In this document: positions 49,019 to 57,605 of the stretch, piece by piece
Layout: each line of letters begins with the position of its first letter
Numbering within the stretch: position 1 is the stretch's first letter
Source: Smithellaceae bacterium
Lineage (GTDB): Bacteria > Desulfobacterota > Syntrophia > Syntrophales > Smithellaceae
Length of the DNA stretch: 64,000 bases
Direction: 5' to 3'
Assembly: GCA_963667845.2 (NCBI GenBank)
Contig: CAXXVL010000002.1
Location: 2,816,001 to 2,880,000 of the forward strand
The notes under the pieces: model-generated
What the model was told of the DNA's origin: nothing
The model's database searches: none
The model's input: the letters and a program-made list of their open reading frames with translations, nothing else
Program-made: the position numbers and the translations under genes

Positions 49019-50026
49019 ATGTTTGAAGAATTGATAAAGCAAGTCTCGGCATTAAATGGCCAACGAATAGCCATACGAATACCACTGGACGAAAAAGGAT
49101 ATTTCGATCGGCAATGTTCAAATAATGAATGTAAAAAGTATTTCAAAGTGAATTTTGAAGACTGGAAAAACATTGTTAAAGATGAAGTTGTATATTGTCC
49201 AATCTGTAAGTATGAATCACCCGCAACTGAATGGAACACTGAATCACAGCAAGAATATATAAAAGATCAAGGACTAAGTGTAATTCAGGACCACATTTCT
49301 GAATCACTAAAAAAAGATGCGAGAAATTTTAATTCCAAACAAAAGAAAGGATTTATCAATATAAGTCTAAGCTACAAGCAAGGTAGCAAAATTATACCAA
49401 TAGCTCCTGAAGTTTTTAAAGAACTAGAACAAAATTATGGCTGCCTTTATTGTGGCTGCCATTATTCATATTTTGGCACAGCATATTTTTGCCCATCTTG
49501 CGGCGAAGAAAATACTGAAGGAAATATCAAGGAATGGACTCGTAACATACAGCTATTTGTGAAAGAAAGTAATAAAATCAAGAAATCCTATAAAGGCATA
49601 TTTTCCGAAGAAGAATCTGAAAGTGCATTTTCTCAATTCACTGAAGATCAGTTTTGTAGGATTGTGTCTATTTTTCAAAAACACTCTGAGAATCTATTTG
49701 AGAGATATCCGGGATCGGAAGCGATAACGATAAGGAAGAATTTATTTCAAAACTTAATTGAATCATCCATAAAGTGGAAAGAATTAACCGGGCAAGGTTA
49801 TGAAGAAATATTCGAATTAAGAAAATACAAAGAATTCAAAAAGTACTTCCAAATTAGACATGTGTTATCACACACGGGTGGAATAGTTGATGCTGATTTC
49901 ATTACAAAGACAAATGCAAGCTACAAAGAAGGACAAAGGGTTTTAATCGATATCGGGATGTTAGATTCTTTCATTAATATTGCAATAGAATTTATGGCCA
50001 TAATGAAGGCGAAGTATAAAAAATGA
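49019..50026 (+). CDS. Cassette 8: double zinc-ribbon plus HEPN-like protein
   Basis: CSNNEC/CPIC and CLYC/CPSC pairs; C-terminal FQN and RHVLSH.GG.VD (R-x4-H). Confidence 0.65.
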   Translation: MFEELIKQVSALNGQRIAIRIPLDEKGYFDRQCSNNECKKYFKVNFEDWKNIVKDEVVYCPICKYESPATEWNTESQQEYIKDQGLSVIQDHISESLKKDARNFNSKQKKGFINISLSYKQGSKIIPIAPEVFKELEQNYGCLYCGCHYSYFGTAYFCPSCGEENTEGNIKEWTRNIQLFVKESNKIKKSYKGIFSEEESESAFSQFTEDQFCRIVSIFQKHSENLFERYPGSEAITIRKNLFQNLIESSIKWKELTGQGYEEIFELRKYKEFKKYFQIRHVLSHTGGIVDADFITKTNASYKEGQRVLIDIGMLDSFINIAIEFMAIMKAKYKK

Positions 50027-50027
50027 C

Positions 50028-50081
50028 CATCGACAATGCTATACAGCCGATCGCTATGCTCCGGGTGATTTCCCGTTGGGC
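50028..50081 (+). repeat. attC 8 (one A lost from AAC)
   Basis: CATCGAC...ATACAGCCGATCGCTATGCTCCGGGTGAT...GTTGGGC. Confidence 0.82.
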
Positions 50082-50098
50082 AAGAAAGGAGAAAATAA

Positions 50099-50332
50099 AT
50101 GTCAGAAAGTCGATTTCGTTACATCGTAGTAGGACTGCTGGGCGTCCTTGTATTGTTGCAACTTCTCATGTTATATCGGTTACCTACGCCAGTTACTCTT
50201 AATTCATTAATTTCAGCTCCGCAAGACCAGAAGGCTGATCTCATCAAGCAGGTTCCCCTTGTGAGAGTTCAAGGTGGTTCAGTTGATGTAGAAGTTCAAA
50301 ATACACCACTAGAAGTTGAGATCAATCGGTAG
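50099..50332 (+). CDS. Cassette 9: small membrane protein
   Basis: AAGGAG RBS; one TM; C-terminal V.V.N.PL.V. Confidence 0.75.
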   Translation: MSESRFRYIVVGLLGVLVLLQLLMLYRLPTPVTLNSLISAPQDQKADLIKQVPLVRVQGGSVDVEVQNTPLEVEINR

Positions 50333-50357
50333 AGTGAAATTGGCTGTCTAATACACA

Positions 50358-50421
50358 GCCCAACAAGCAGCCAGAGTTGATAGCGGCCCGTAGGCCGCTC
50401 CGGCTTAGCTTTTCGTTATGC
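50358..50421 (+). repeat. attC 9 (longer-loop variant)
   Basis: GCCCAAC...GCGGCCCGTAGGCCGC-TCCGGCTTAGCTTTTC-GTTATGC. Confidence 0.82.
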
Positions 50422-50446
50422 ACCTTATAATACGTGGAGGTTAAGA

Positions 50447-51001
50447 ATGAGACTCAAGATGCCTATCTGGCTTGCAATAGTAATCGTTATGATCTTGGTG
50501 GCAGGGCATGCTAACGCACGAGACTGCTACCAGTCGTCTATTCTCAGCCCTTCGCCGTTCATGGGTAATAACGATGAAATTTTTAAACTTGACGATGGGT
50601 CCGTGTGGCAAGTGAAGTATGAGTATGAATACCTATACGAGTATTATCCGTCGGTGATTATTTGCCCAAGTCGGGGCAAATTGATCGTCGGCAAGAAATC
50701 TCTCAATGTGCAGCCTGTTTCCGGCACGTCGAACAGGTCAAGTTCTAAAGATAAAACCACACCACAAACAGGCGAGTGGGAGTTGTTCGAAGATACAAAT
50801 CTTGAAGGTAGCATTAGTGGTATGGTGCAGCAAGGGCGTATATTCAAAACACTCTCTGGCCATGTTTATGAAGTCGTAGGGCTTACCCTTCAGCTTGTAT
50901 TAGAGCTTCAGCCTAAAGTAATGATTCTTAGAAGCGGCGATACGTATAAACTTATTGTCGAAGGATTCGATGAGCCTTTAATTTGCAGAAAGCTGAATTA
51001 A
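50447..51001 (+). CDS. Cassette 10: secreted hypothetical protein with two similar beta domains
   Basis: GGAGG RBS; signal peptide ending ANA; repeated IFK...G.V[WY] units. Confidence 0.75.
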   Translation: MRLKMPIWLAIVIVMILVAGHANARDCYQSSILSPSPFMGNNDEIFKLDDGSVWQVKYEYEYLYEYYPSVIICPSRGKLIVGKKSLNVQPVSGTSNRSSSKDKTTPQTGEWELFEDTNLEGSISGMVQQGRIFKTLSGHVYEVVGLTLQLVLELQPKVMILRSGDTYKLIVEGFDEPLICRKLN

Positions 51002-51067
51002 GTGCACCAAGCGAATGGGGAGATAGGTAAAAGAATGCTGTGTATACATCATAATTTTTATCTAAAA

Positions 51068-51124
51068 GCCTAAGAAGGGGCAATACAGCCGATCGCTTCG
51101 ATCCGGCTGATTTTTTCGTTGGGG
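51068..51124 (+). repeat. attC 10 (AAC changed to AAG)
   Basis: GCCTAAG...ATACAGCCGATCGCTTCGATCCGGCTGATTTTTTC-GTTGGGG. Confidence 0.82.
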
Positions 51125-51149
51125 CACTTTAATTAATATTGAAAAGGAG

Positions 51150-52727
51150 ATGGTTACCATGGCGAAGTGCAAAGACTGTGGAAAAGGCGGATTCTTCTTT
51201 AAAGTAAATTCGGATGATCTTTGCAAGGAGTGCGAACGAATATCAGCATTAAGAACGAAAGAACAAAAACTACAAAGTGACCTTAAAGCATTAGAAGATG
51301 CTTGTGCGAAATGTAAGAATGAATATTTGGACATTAAAACTCGGAGAGATGAGCTTTATCGAAATATTTCTGAGCAGGCAAAGAATGACGCATTATCAAA
51401 AATATCGGAACAAATTAATGATCAAAATGAAAAGTTCCTATCTCTTGTTAATAAAACAGAAGAACAAAAAGCAAATCTCGCGGCAATTACCGAAGAATAT
51501 TCTCAATCGCAAAAGTCAATAACAACAAATGCTAATAAACTTCGAAAAATACAAACACTTTACAAAAGTATGCAATACTCGGTAAAAAGATTTTTTGATC
51601 AAGAATCATTATCAAAGGATATCCACACCGATACAACCTCTTCTGAATCTGAAGAATTATTATCAACAACTATTAAACTAAAGCTTCATTTAATGGATGT
51701 GAGGGAGCTTAGGAAGCTCTACAATCAGAATTATAGAATCATTCAAGACTTGCTTGCAAGATATCAAGATAGATACACAACAAAAGCAAATGTGACAATA
51801 TATAAATTAATGGTAATTGCACTTGAAGCTGAATTGCAAAATGTACTCTATAATTTAAAATATTCAAAACTTGATAAAGCAATTAATGACATCAAAAGAA
51901 TTACTGCAAAATATCTTAAGATTGCTATTGATGGTAATAAGAGTATTGCGCCGACCATGAATAAGTTTATTGGGGAAATCGAATATTTGTTCATTGAGGC
52001 AATAAAAATAGAATACGAATACTACATACAAAAAGAGCGCATAAGAGAAGAGCAACAAGCAATCCGAGATCAAATGCGCCAAGAAGCTGCAGAAAGAAAG
52101 ATACTCGAAGAAGAACGTAAGAAAATCGAACAAGAAGAATCGAAATTCCTTAACGAAATTGATAATGCAAAAGCTCAATTATCCAATACTACTGATGAAA
52201 TGAAGACGAAACAACTTGAGGAGAGGATTGCTAGGTTGCAAGAGCAACTTGGTGATGTTGAGCAGAAAAAGGAAGATATAACAAAGCTGCAGAAGGGAAA
52301 AGCCGGATACATCTATATAATTAGTAATTATGGATCGTTCGGGGATAAAGTATTTAAAATTGGTATGACAAGAAGATCAAATCCACAGGATAGGATTGAT
52401 GAATTAGGTGATGCCTCAGTTCCCTTCCGTTATGATGTTCATGGTTTGATATTTTCGGAAAGCGCACCTGATCTTGAATATAAATTGCATAAGCATCTGA
52501 ACAATCAACGTATAAATAAAGTAAATTTGAGAAAAGAGTTTTTTAATACAACAATTGATGAATTAGAAAATCTTGTTTATTCTTTGGAACCATCAGCCGA
52601 ATTCAATAAGACAATGCTTGCTGAGCAATACTATCAAAGTATGGCAGTCGAGGAGGTACCGGATGAAGTCCAAATCATTAACGAAGACGTATTAGATAAG
52701 GATGAAAAAGATGAAGAAATTGCTTAA
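51150..52727 (+). CDS. Cassette 11: DUF4041 coiled-coil plus T5orf172/GIY-YIG-like nuclease domain
   Basis: GYIYIISN.GSFG..VFKIGMTRR..P.DRI.ELGDASVPF.YDVH and N.RKEFF; N-terminal CxxC pair. Confidence 0.85.
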   Translation: MVTMAKCKDCGKGGFFFKVNSDDLCKECERISALRTKEQKLQSDLKALEDACAKCKNEYLDIKTRRDELYRNISEQAKNDALSKISEQINDQNEKFLSLVNKTEEQKANLAAITEEYSQSQKSITTNANKLRKIQTLYKSMQYSVKRFFDQESLSKDIHTDTTSSESEELLSTTIKLKLHLMDVRELRKLYNQNYRIIQDLLARYQDRYTTKANVTIYKLMVIALEAELQNVLYNLKYSKLDKAINDIKRITAKYLKIAIDGNKSIAPTMNKFIGEIEYLFIEAIKIEYEYYIQKERIREEQQAIRDQMRQEAAERKILEEERKKIEQEESKFLNEIDNAKAQLSNTTDEMKTKQLEERIARLQEQLGDVEQKKEDITKLQKGKAGYIYIISNYGSFGDKVFKIGMTRRSNPQDRIDELGDASVPFRYDVHGLIFSESAPDLEYKLHKHLNNQRINKVNLRKEFFNTTIDELENLVYSLEPSAEFNKTMLAEQYYQSMAVEEVPDEVQIINEDVLDKDEKDEEIA

Positions 52728-52749
52728 ATGACATTAATGTAAACGAAGC

Positions 52750-52805
52750 CCCCAACTAAAGCAATACAGCCGATTGCCACGCTCCGGTTCATTTTTTCGT
52801 TCCCT
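52750..52805 (+). repeat. attC 11
   Basis: CCCCAAC...ATACAGCCGATTGCCACGCTCCGGTTCAT...GTTCCCT. Confidence 0.82.
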
Positions 52806-52814
52806 GAGGAATAA

Positions 52815-53267
52815 ATGATGGATAAACCATTCCAAAGAAAAGGTGCCAAAAGCAACGCTCATGTGGGGCGCGATTTTGAAAATCAGATTCAAGCGTATTT
52901 TGCAAAGCAGAATCTGCCGTTGAATGCTGGCATTTCAGTCCCCATTGGCATAAATGGGAAAAAGTATCATTCCTTCGACCTTTGCAATGAAGAAAAAAAA
53001 GTTCTTGTGGAATGCAAAGCACATAAATGGACAGAAAGCGATAAGGTGCCAAGTGCAAAATTAACCGTATGGAATGAAGCAATGTTTTTCTTTCATGCCT
53101 CACCTCCAGGTTATCAAAAACTTTTGGTAGTGCTGCATGATTTCAGTTCTAAAAGAAACGAAACGCTTGGGGAATATTACGTAAGAACATATTCGCATCT
53201 TATTCCAAAGGATGTTGAAGTTTGGGAATATAAGGAGCACAGTAAAGAGGGGAAAAGAATTAAATAG
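52815..53267 (+). CDS. Cassette 12: small PD-(D/E)xK-like nuclease
   Basis: G..FE helix, then H.FDL......VECK restriction-endonuclease-like motif. Confidence 0.65.
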   Translation: MMDKPFQRKGAKSNAHVGRDFENQIQAYFAKQNLPLNAGISVPIGINGKKYHSFDLCNEEKKVLVECKAHKWTESDKVPSAKLTVWNEAMFFFHASPPGYQKLLVVLHDFSSKRNETLGEYYVRTYSHLIPKDVEVWEYKEHSKEGKRIK

Positions 53268-53269
53268 CC

Positions 53270-53330
53270 AGAGAACAACGCACTGCACCCGATCGCAGCT
53301 TGCTAGGCTGCTCCGGCTCAGCTTTTCCAA
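53270..53330 (+). repeat. attC 12 (R' GTT missing)
   Basis: AGAGAAC...CTGCACCCGATCGCAGCTTGCTAGGCTGCTCCGGCTCAGCTTTTC followed by CAA instead of GTT. Confidence 0.72.
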
Positions 53331-53356
53331 CGCAGTATAGACAAAAGGAGATTGTA

Positions 53357-53560
53357 ATGGCAAATCTTTCCGGCCCACAACCAGACATCAGATTTTGTCC
53401 CGTCTGCAAGTCAAATCTAATAAATGTGCCTAGAAACAAGATGAAGTCACAAGGGTATGTAAGAAAAAATGGTACAGTATCTGAACATACACATACATAT
53501 GAATGCACTAACTGCAAAAACCGTTTTGAGATAAACCAAGCTAGAGATGCAGTTGACTAA
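53357..53560 (+). CDS. Cassette 13: small zinc-ribbon protein (67 aa)
   Basis: AAGGAG RBS before ATG 53357; CPVC...CTNC. Confidence 0.75.
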   Translation: MANLSGPQPDIRFCPVCKSNLINVPRNKMKSQGYVRKNGTVSEHTHTYECTNCKNRFEINQARDAVD

Positions 53561-53609
53561 TCTGGAAATCCAGCCGATCGCTACGTTCCGACTGACTTTT
53601 TCGTTCGGC
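53555..53609 (+). repeat. attC 13 (AAC changed to AAT)
   Basis: GACTAAT...ATCCAGCCGATCGCTACGTTCCGACTGACTTTTTC-GTTCGGC. Confidence 0.8.
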
Positions 53610-53617
53610 GCATAAAT

Positions 53618-53764
53618 ATGAATGTAGAAGAATATTCTAAAAACTTAACAGGCGAAATATCAGCGTTAAATAATCGGGTTCGTCATTATATCGATGACGC
53701 CCAAAGCAACATTTGGAGGGCTGATTTATGTGGATCTATCTTAACGCTGGCTTCTATTCCGTAG
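53618..53764 (+). pseudogene. Truncated 14th cassette gene
   Basis: ATG 9 bp after the last attC; MNVEEYSKNLTGEISALNNRVRHYIDDA recalls the N-terminus of DUF6602-like proteins; stops after 48 aa with no attC following. Confidence 0.45.
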
Positions 53765-54084
53765 TTCACAAACCGCCGTGTCAAAAAGACGAGCTTCTGG
53801 TGAGGACACGGAGCAAAGTCGATATTGACAATCTGCAAAAGCAGCTCAAAGTAAAATTCAACTTCGATGGTGAAATCTTACCAACACCAAAAGCCGATTA
53901 CGCATTCCGAATAGTGGTTCCCAGGCACATGATCGCAACATTCTTGGTTAGTGCCGTCATGGAATTGGATTATGACAATTTCAAGAACACGATTCAGGGC
54001 AAGGACTACAAAAGACACGCTGCTTATATGAAATGCTGGGAGGCTATGTATGAATGGCAGCGGGATTTGAAGAACGAGTGTTAA
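53728..54084 (+). CDS. Hypothetical protein of a phage/island-like type
   Basis: GGAGG RBS; MW....GFYSVV, LLVR.R, ADY.FR, LDY.NFK pattern. Confidence 0.7.
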   Translation: MWIYLNAGFYSVVHKPPCQKDELLVRTRSKVDIDNLQKQLKVKFNFDGEILPTPKADYAFRIVVPRHMIATFLVSAVMELDYDNFKNTIQGKDYKRHAAYMKCWEAMYEWQRDLKNEC

Positions 54085-54414
54085 ATTCTTTAATACGTCT
54101 AAATAGACGTCTCACGCACCAGTCTCTTTTTGAAAATTGATGAATTTAATTGCTTCCTGAAAGTGAGCATTTTGGATATTTCACAGACATGCAGTCTTTC
54201 TAATCATACTCCTGTGAGGCTATACGTGATAAATCATCAAACTTGACGAAAAAGAAATAAGGGAATGACCAATACCGGTTTATTACTAACCCGCTTAGAG
54301 AATTAGAAAAGGGGATTGTGCCTACTTACTCATAATAATAAAGTTAGGCAAGCACGCAACCCCCTTAATCTCGCGTGGCAAAAACTGAAGAGATGCCTTT
54401 CAGGTATTCACCGG

Positions 54415-56490
54415 CTAATATGATAAAGTTGGAGCTACTGTAATAGTTCCGGCAGCGCCTATTGCAACGTAAAGTGTATAAGCAGATGGTCCGCCTACTG
54501 TCCAATTCCAGGGAAAGGCACAGAGACAGGTAATTATCGTGTTCGCAGGAAGACTGATTGTGTATGAACCGTCAACCATGGTATGCACCGTGACGAACCG
54601 ATAGTCAGGGCTGTATCCGCCGTAACGTATCTGTACATAACTATTGGCCACAGGCAGACCTGTTGAGGCGCTCATCACTTTACCAGTCAGGATTGCTCCT
54701 GCGGGCAGGCTAATGGTGCCTAAGTCAACCCTACTGCCGTCTGAAGGCACAGCAATTTGATTGCCACTGACAGGATAATTCAGCTTACCGTTATAATCCT
54801 GCGATCCGACCATCTGTCCATTGTTCACGGATATGACGAGATAGACACTACTTCCGGGGATAGCATATTGCACAACACTACCATCCCCGTTGGTAACCTC
54901 CCATCCTAGAAACTGATAGTTTGTTTCGGATTTAGTGCTGAAGAGATCTACAAAAGCCATGCTTACCGGATTTCCGCTAGCATCCTTTATGGACGTGGTG
55001 ATCTCACTCATGGTGGCGCTGAAATCTTGGGTCACAGTTGAGCCGAGACTTACGACTACATATGCCATCTGACCACGGGAATAGATAATGTATGGATTCA
55101 GATTAGGCTGCAACCACAAGTTGTAGGTACCATCGGCACCGGTAGAAAGACTATGCGCAAACGCACCGGTGTAATCATTAACCTTGACAGAAATACCAGC
55201 GACAACATTGCCGTTCTCCGGCGCATCGCTGACCTTCCCCTGGATCAGGCCCCCGTCCGTCAGGTTTATGCTCGCCGGTATTGACCCGCCGACCGTGACA
55301 GTGATCTTTTCGGCCTGGTAAGTATTGATACTGCCGCCGGGAATTGCACTATTGAAATCTCCGCTCGCATAAGGTTGAGAGATGGTGCCATTGCGAAACG
55401 ATATGGTGTAGTCACCGGGTGACACATTTAAGCTGTATGTCCCATCTGGCGAAGTAATGGCCCATACTAATGTAATCTGAGAGTCGAAGTCACGAAGTGT
55501 AACTACAATGCCATCAAGGAGTGTGTTAGATGAACCTCCCGTTACTGTTCCACTGATACGTCCGCCATTATCAAGTTTAAAGTTAACGGCGATTGGTGTC
55601 GAAGAATCGACGGTGATCTTTCCTGCACCTCTCATGCCAATTGACCCGCCGCTGCTCGTCCACCACTGACTTGCCGCGTAGCTTTGGGTCGTATCATTGA
55701 TCGCACAAACAACATAGTCACCGGCCGGTACGCTAATGGTATAGTTGCCAGAGGTGTCCGTGCGGACAAAAGCCTGCGTGACTTGGTTGCCAAAGGTCCT
55801 GACCATTATCTTTATGCCAGGTAAAGGCGTATCGTTGGAGTCAGTGACTAGTCCGGTAATAGTACCGGAACCCAAGATGCTTGAGATAATATTATTGGAA
55901 TCAACGTTATTTTGAATGACAGCCTTGAGGGCGATGACAAGTTGGGTGGCAGTTAAATTCATTGGCACATTACCTATATTTTGTACCACGATCTCTTGAA
56001 CAGCAGCAACATAAGAGTAGCTTACTTTACTGAGAGTGGAACCAGCAGCACTGATAACGCCAGTAATAAGTGCAACAGTTGTCTGCGTGTATGGATTTAT
56101 GTCAACTGTGGTGCCAGTGACAAAGGCAGAAAGTGTAATTTTTGAGCCTGCTACTACGAGATAATTGGCGGATGGCTTGAAATTTACCGGTACTTTGAGC
56201 GTATACTTACCGGTACTGTCGGCATTCGTGATGCCTAGAATATCTATTTCATTCCCGGAATCATCGATTCGGACAAGCTTCACTCTTGTATGAGGTACAG
56301 GTGCCATGGAGTTGGCCCTCGCGATATCCTCACATTTATTATTCTTACAATCAATAACGCCGCCGGGGGCTGAGACAGTTCCAGATATCTTGTCTTCTCG
56401 ACAAGCTGGCAATAATGAGGCAACACTGAATATCAGGGCCATTAATACGACAAAATATTTAATGCGATTCTCATTGATGTAATTTACCAT
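54415..56490 (-). CDS. Surface lipoprotein with tandem carboxypeptidase-regulatory-like (beta-sandwich) repeats
   Basis: Lipobox LLPAC; repeated G.ISG.V.....P..GI.V....T..DG.Y.I...PG.Y units; GAGGAG RBS before 56490. Confidence 0.8.
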   Translation of the reverse strand: MVNYINENRIKYFVVLMALIFSVASLLPACREDKISGTVSAPGGVIDCKNNKCEDIARANSMAPVPHTRVKLVRIDDSGNEIDILGITNADSTGKYTLKVPVNFKPSANYLVVAGSKITLSAFVTGTTVDINPYTQTTVALITGVISAAGSTLSKVSYSYVAAVQEIVVQNIGNVPMNLTATQLVIALKAVIQNNVDSNNIISSILGSGTITGLVTDSNDTPLPGIKIMVRTFGNQVTQAFVRTDTSGNYTISVPAGDYVVCAINDTTQSYAASQWWTSSGGSIGMRGAGKITVDSSTPIAVNFKLDNGGRISGTVTGGSSNTLLDGIVVTLRDFDSQITLVWAITSPDGTYSLNVSPGDYTISFRNGTISQPYASGDFNSAIPGGSINTYQAEKITVTVGGSIPASINLTDGGLIQGKVSDAPENGNVVAGISVKVNDYTGAFAHSLSTGADGTYNLWLQPNLNPYIIYSRGQMAYVVVSLGSTVTQDFSATMSEITTSIKDASGNPVSMAFVDLFSTKSETNYQFLGWEVTNGDGSVVQYAIPGSSVYLVISVNNGQMVGSQDYNGKLNYPVSGNQIAVPSDGSRVDLGTISLPAGAILTGKVMSASTGLPVANSYVQIRYGGYSPDYRFVTVHTMVDGSYTISLPANTIITCLCAFPWNWTVGGPSAYTLYVAIGAAGTITVAPTLSY

Positions 56491-56981
56491 AGATGCTCTC
56501 CTCTCTTTTCTTGAAATTGAGAAATAAGTAAATTTGGCATTCTCAGCCACATCGGTCTTCCGCTTGAGTATCTCCATGTAATAAAGAAACGATATTGCTC
56601 GGTCCTAACGATCAAAAGCATGGATCAAATTCAAGCCACTTAGACAAATTTTGAAGCTGTCTGTTTCAGAATGATTAAGAAGATGAGTTGCTCTGCTTAT
56701 CCTGTAAAATTAAAAAAAACAATGATTTTTCGTTATGTAATAGTCATTTATATCAACTGTGATTGCATTGGACTCCTATACCATTTATTGTCTGATCAGT
56801 TAATCAAACGGGATTCTCATTTCTTGCAATGGTAAATTTTCATTTTGGCTGGCCATAATTACATAATAAATTACAATTTCAGCCCGTAATCTTTAATAAT
56901 TCTTAATTCATGAGTCTATTAACTTAGTAGGTGTAACAAATAGCCAGTCCCTTTTTTTCAGTGTCTAGCAATGTTATTGTT

Positions 56982-57010
56982 TTGACATTTGTTGACCCAC
57001 CCCTTATCCT
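56982..57010 (+). promoter_or_regulatory. Putative sigma70 promoter
   Basis: TTGACA-N17-TATCCT upstream of the nuclease gene. Confidence 0.5.
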
Positions 57011-57043
57011 CGTTTAGAAGACTGAAAGGCAAATTATGATATT

Positions 57044-57601
57044 ATGCACTCAAGAATCTTTAAAATATTAATACTCCTTTCCATAATTACCGCTTTGACG
57101 GCATTCATAAACATTCCATCCTCTCACGCCGCCATCCGTATGGTCACAGGCAAGGTCACCAAGGTATCAGATGGCGATACAATTCATCTAACAACTCGAG
57201 AACAAACAAAACTCCGCGTCAGACTCTATGGCATCGATGCCCCAGAAACGCCCAAGATCAATCATCGCACGGGTCAAGTCAATAAGCCGGGGCAACCCTA
57301 TGGTTTAGAATCGTGGCGGGCGCTGAAGGGCAAGATCAATGGACAGCAGGTAAGACTAGACATCCTCGATATTGACAAATACAGGCGCATGGTTGGTATA
57401 ATCTGGTTCGGTGATCGAAATATAAATATTGAGATGGTCAGCGAAGGCTTTGCAGAAGCGTTTATTGAATTTTTGAAACCACCTTACCGGTCAGAGTTTA
57501 TTCAAGCGGAACAGGAAGCACGAACGGCAAAAAGGGGGATATGGTCACTGCCAGAATACGAGCGGCCCAGGGATTTTCGCAAACGGTTAAAGGTTCGGTG
57601 A
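57044..57601 (+). CDS. Secreted thermonuclease (SNase family)
   Basis: V.DGDT, VRLYGIDAPE, DKYRR, A...KRGIW; signal peptide. Confidence 0.92.
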   Translation: MHSRIFKILILLSIITALTAFINIPSSHAAIRMVTGKVTKVSDGDTIHLTTREQTKLRVRLYGIDAPETPKINHRTGQVNKPGQPYGLESWRALKGKINGQQVRLDILDIDKYRRMVGIIWFGDRNINIEMVSEGFAEAFIEFLKPPYRSEFIQAEQEARTAKRGIWSLPEYERPRDFRKRLKVR

Positions 57602-57605
57602 GATT

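Larger units (their letters stand above)
43272..53700 (+). mobile_element. Integron gene cassette array lacking an integrase in the window (CALIN-like): 13 cassettes plus one truncated
   Basis: 13 related AAC...CAGCCGATCGCT.CGCTCCGG.TGA....TCGTT palindromic repeats, each between single co-oriented unrelated ORFs. Confidence 0.9.

Noticed and set aside
43983..53609. The intergenic repeats as a CRISPR array or simple terminators
   Set aside because: Spacers are whole genes of 0.2-1.6 kb, repeats vary in sequence, no cas genes are present, and the AAC/GTT boxes co-vary with cassette ends.
54325..54352. CTCATAATAATAAAGTTAGGC as dif or a second attI
   Set aside because: The XerD arm does not match, no cassette ORF follows the GTT, and it lies within a hairpin between convergent genes.
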